From assembly GCA_964432945.1 (NCBI GenBank), contig CAYSPO010000001.1:21506-85505 (forward strand): DNA of 64,000 nt, given 5' to 3'. Source of the stretch: an uncultured Peptoniphilaceae bacterium (lineage in GTDB: Bacteria > Bacillota > Clostridia > Tissierellales > Peptoniphilaceae). Made by a program: the position numbers and the translations under genes. Below, one piece after another: positions 63,932-64,000 of the stretch. Every line of letters begins with the position of its first letter. The stretch's first letter is position 1. The notes below the pieces were generated by a model that was given only the letters and a program-made list of their open reading frames with translations, made no database searches and had not been told where the DNA came from.

Positions 63932-64000
63932 TTAATCTAGGCTACCGCCACAAGAAGAACCAGCTCCCGCAGTACAACCATAACAATGATAGTCTATTGC
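63932..64000 (-). CDS. 3' end of an unidentified ORF (partial)
   Basis: One open minus-strand frame reads ...AIDYHCYGCTAGAGSSCGGSLD, with stop at 63932..63934. A second frame is also open, so the assignment is weak. Confidence 0.2.
   Translation of the reverse strand, partial: AIDYHCYGCTAGAGSSCGGSLD

Noticed and set aside
1-64000. Mobile elements, CRISPR arrays, tRNA or rRNA genes, and classical phage-defence systems.
   Set aside because: I saw no transposase, integrase or recombinase motifs, no regularly spaced direct repeats and no tRNA-like cloverleaf candidates in the intergenic regions. Apart from the features listed, the intergenic DNA is plain AT-rich spacer.

Overview
This is a low-GC, Clostridia-like chromosomal segment. 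CWB2 cell-wall repeats and CD3073/CD3072-like genes suggest a Peptostreptococcaceae/Tissierellia-type anaerobe. I saw no rRNA, tRNA, CRISPR array, transposase or integrase.

Gene order from left to right:
- 1-8.4 kb: anaerobic cobalamin genes cbiD-E-T-F-G-H-J plus a SirC-like gene, then a cobalamin riboswitch controlling cbiMNQO cobalt uptake.
- 8.7-9.8 kb: a transglutaminase-like lipoprotein.
- 10-19.3 kb: a mer-like, MerR-controlled gene set in which six reading frames run through an in-frame TGA. Details are in the next paragraph.
- 19.8-25.2 kb: an Opp/Nik-type ABC importer.
- 26.4-33.5 kb: two near-duplicate double-cubane/HgdB-family reductase genes bracketing a PatB-type C-S lyase and a second NitT/TauT ABC importer.
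- 33.7-38.5 kb: drug-type ABC exporters and a MATE pump.
- 38.8-44.3 kb: an LRR protein, a CWB2-anchored tandem rhodanese and a cytoplasmic molybdopterin oxidoreductase.
- 44.5-56.9 kb: a corrinoid methyltransferase system behind a second cobalamin riboswitch. It has five URO-D/MtaA-type paralogues, a corrinoid protein, a RACE activator and a CobW-like GTPase. An arsR-permease-thioredoxin-like module interrupts it.
- 57-64 kb: an ECF S-component with a TudS-like gene, a DUF2064-kinase fusion with a GT2 and two TVP38 proteins, a C_GCAxxG_C_C protein and an HdrD-like Fe-S protein.

The most interesting signal is the 10-19.3 kb island. The six in-frame TGAs sit next to Cys codons and are each followed by a SECIS-like hairpin. 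They predict Cys-Sec or UxxC selenoproteins:
- two membrane-anchored proteins ending in Cys-Sec-COOH;
- a substrate-binding protein;
- an ABC transmembrane permease;
- a MerB-family lyase;
- a small thioredoxin-fold protein that is missing from the ORF track.

Two MerR-type promoters share one operator core and tie the island together. I read it as an uncharacterised selenocysteine-based relay for a soft metal(loid) or organo-metal(loid).
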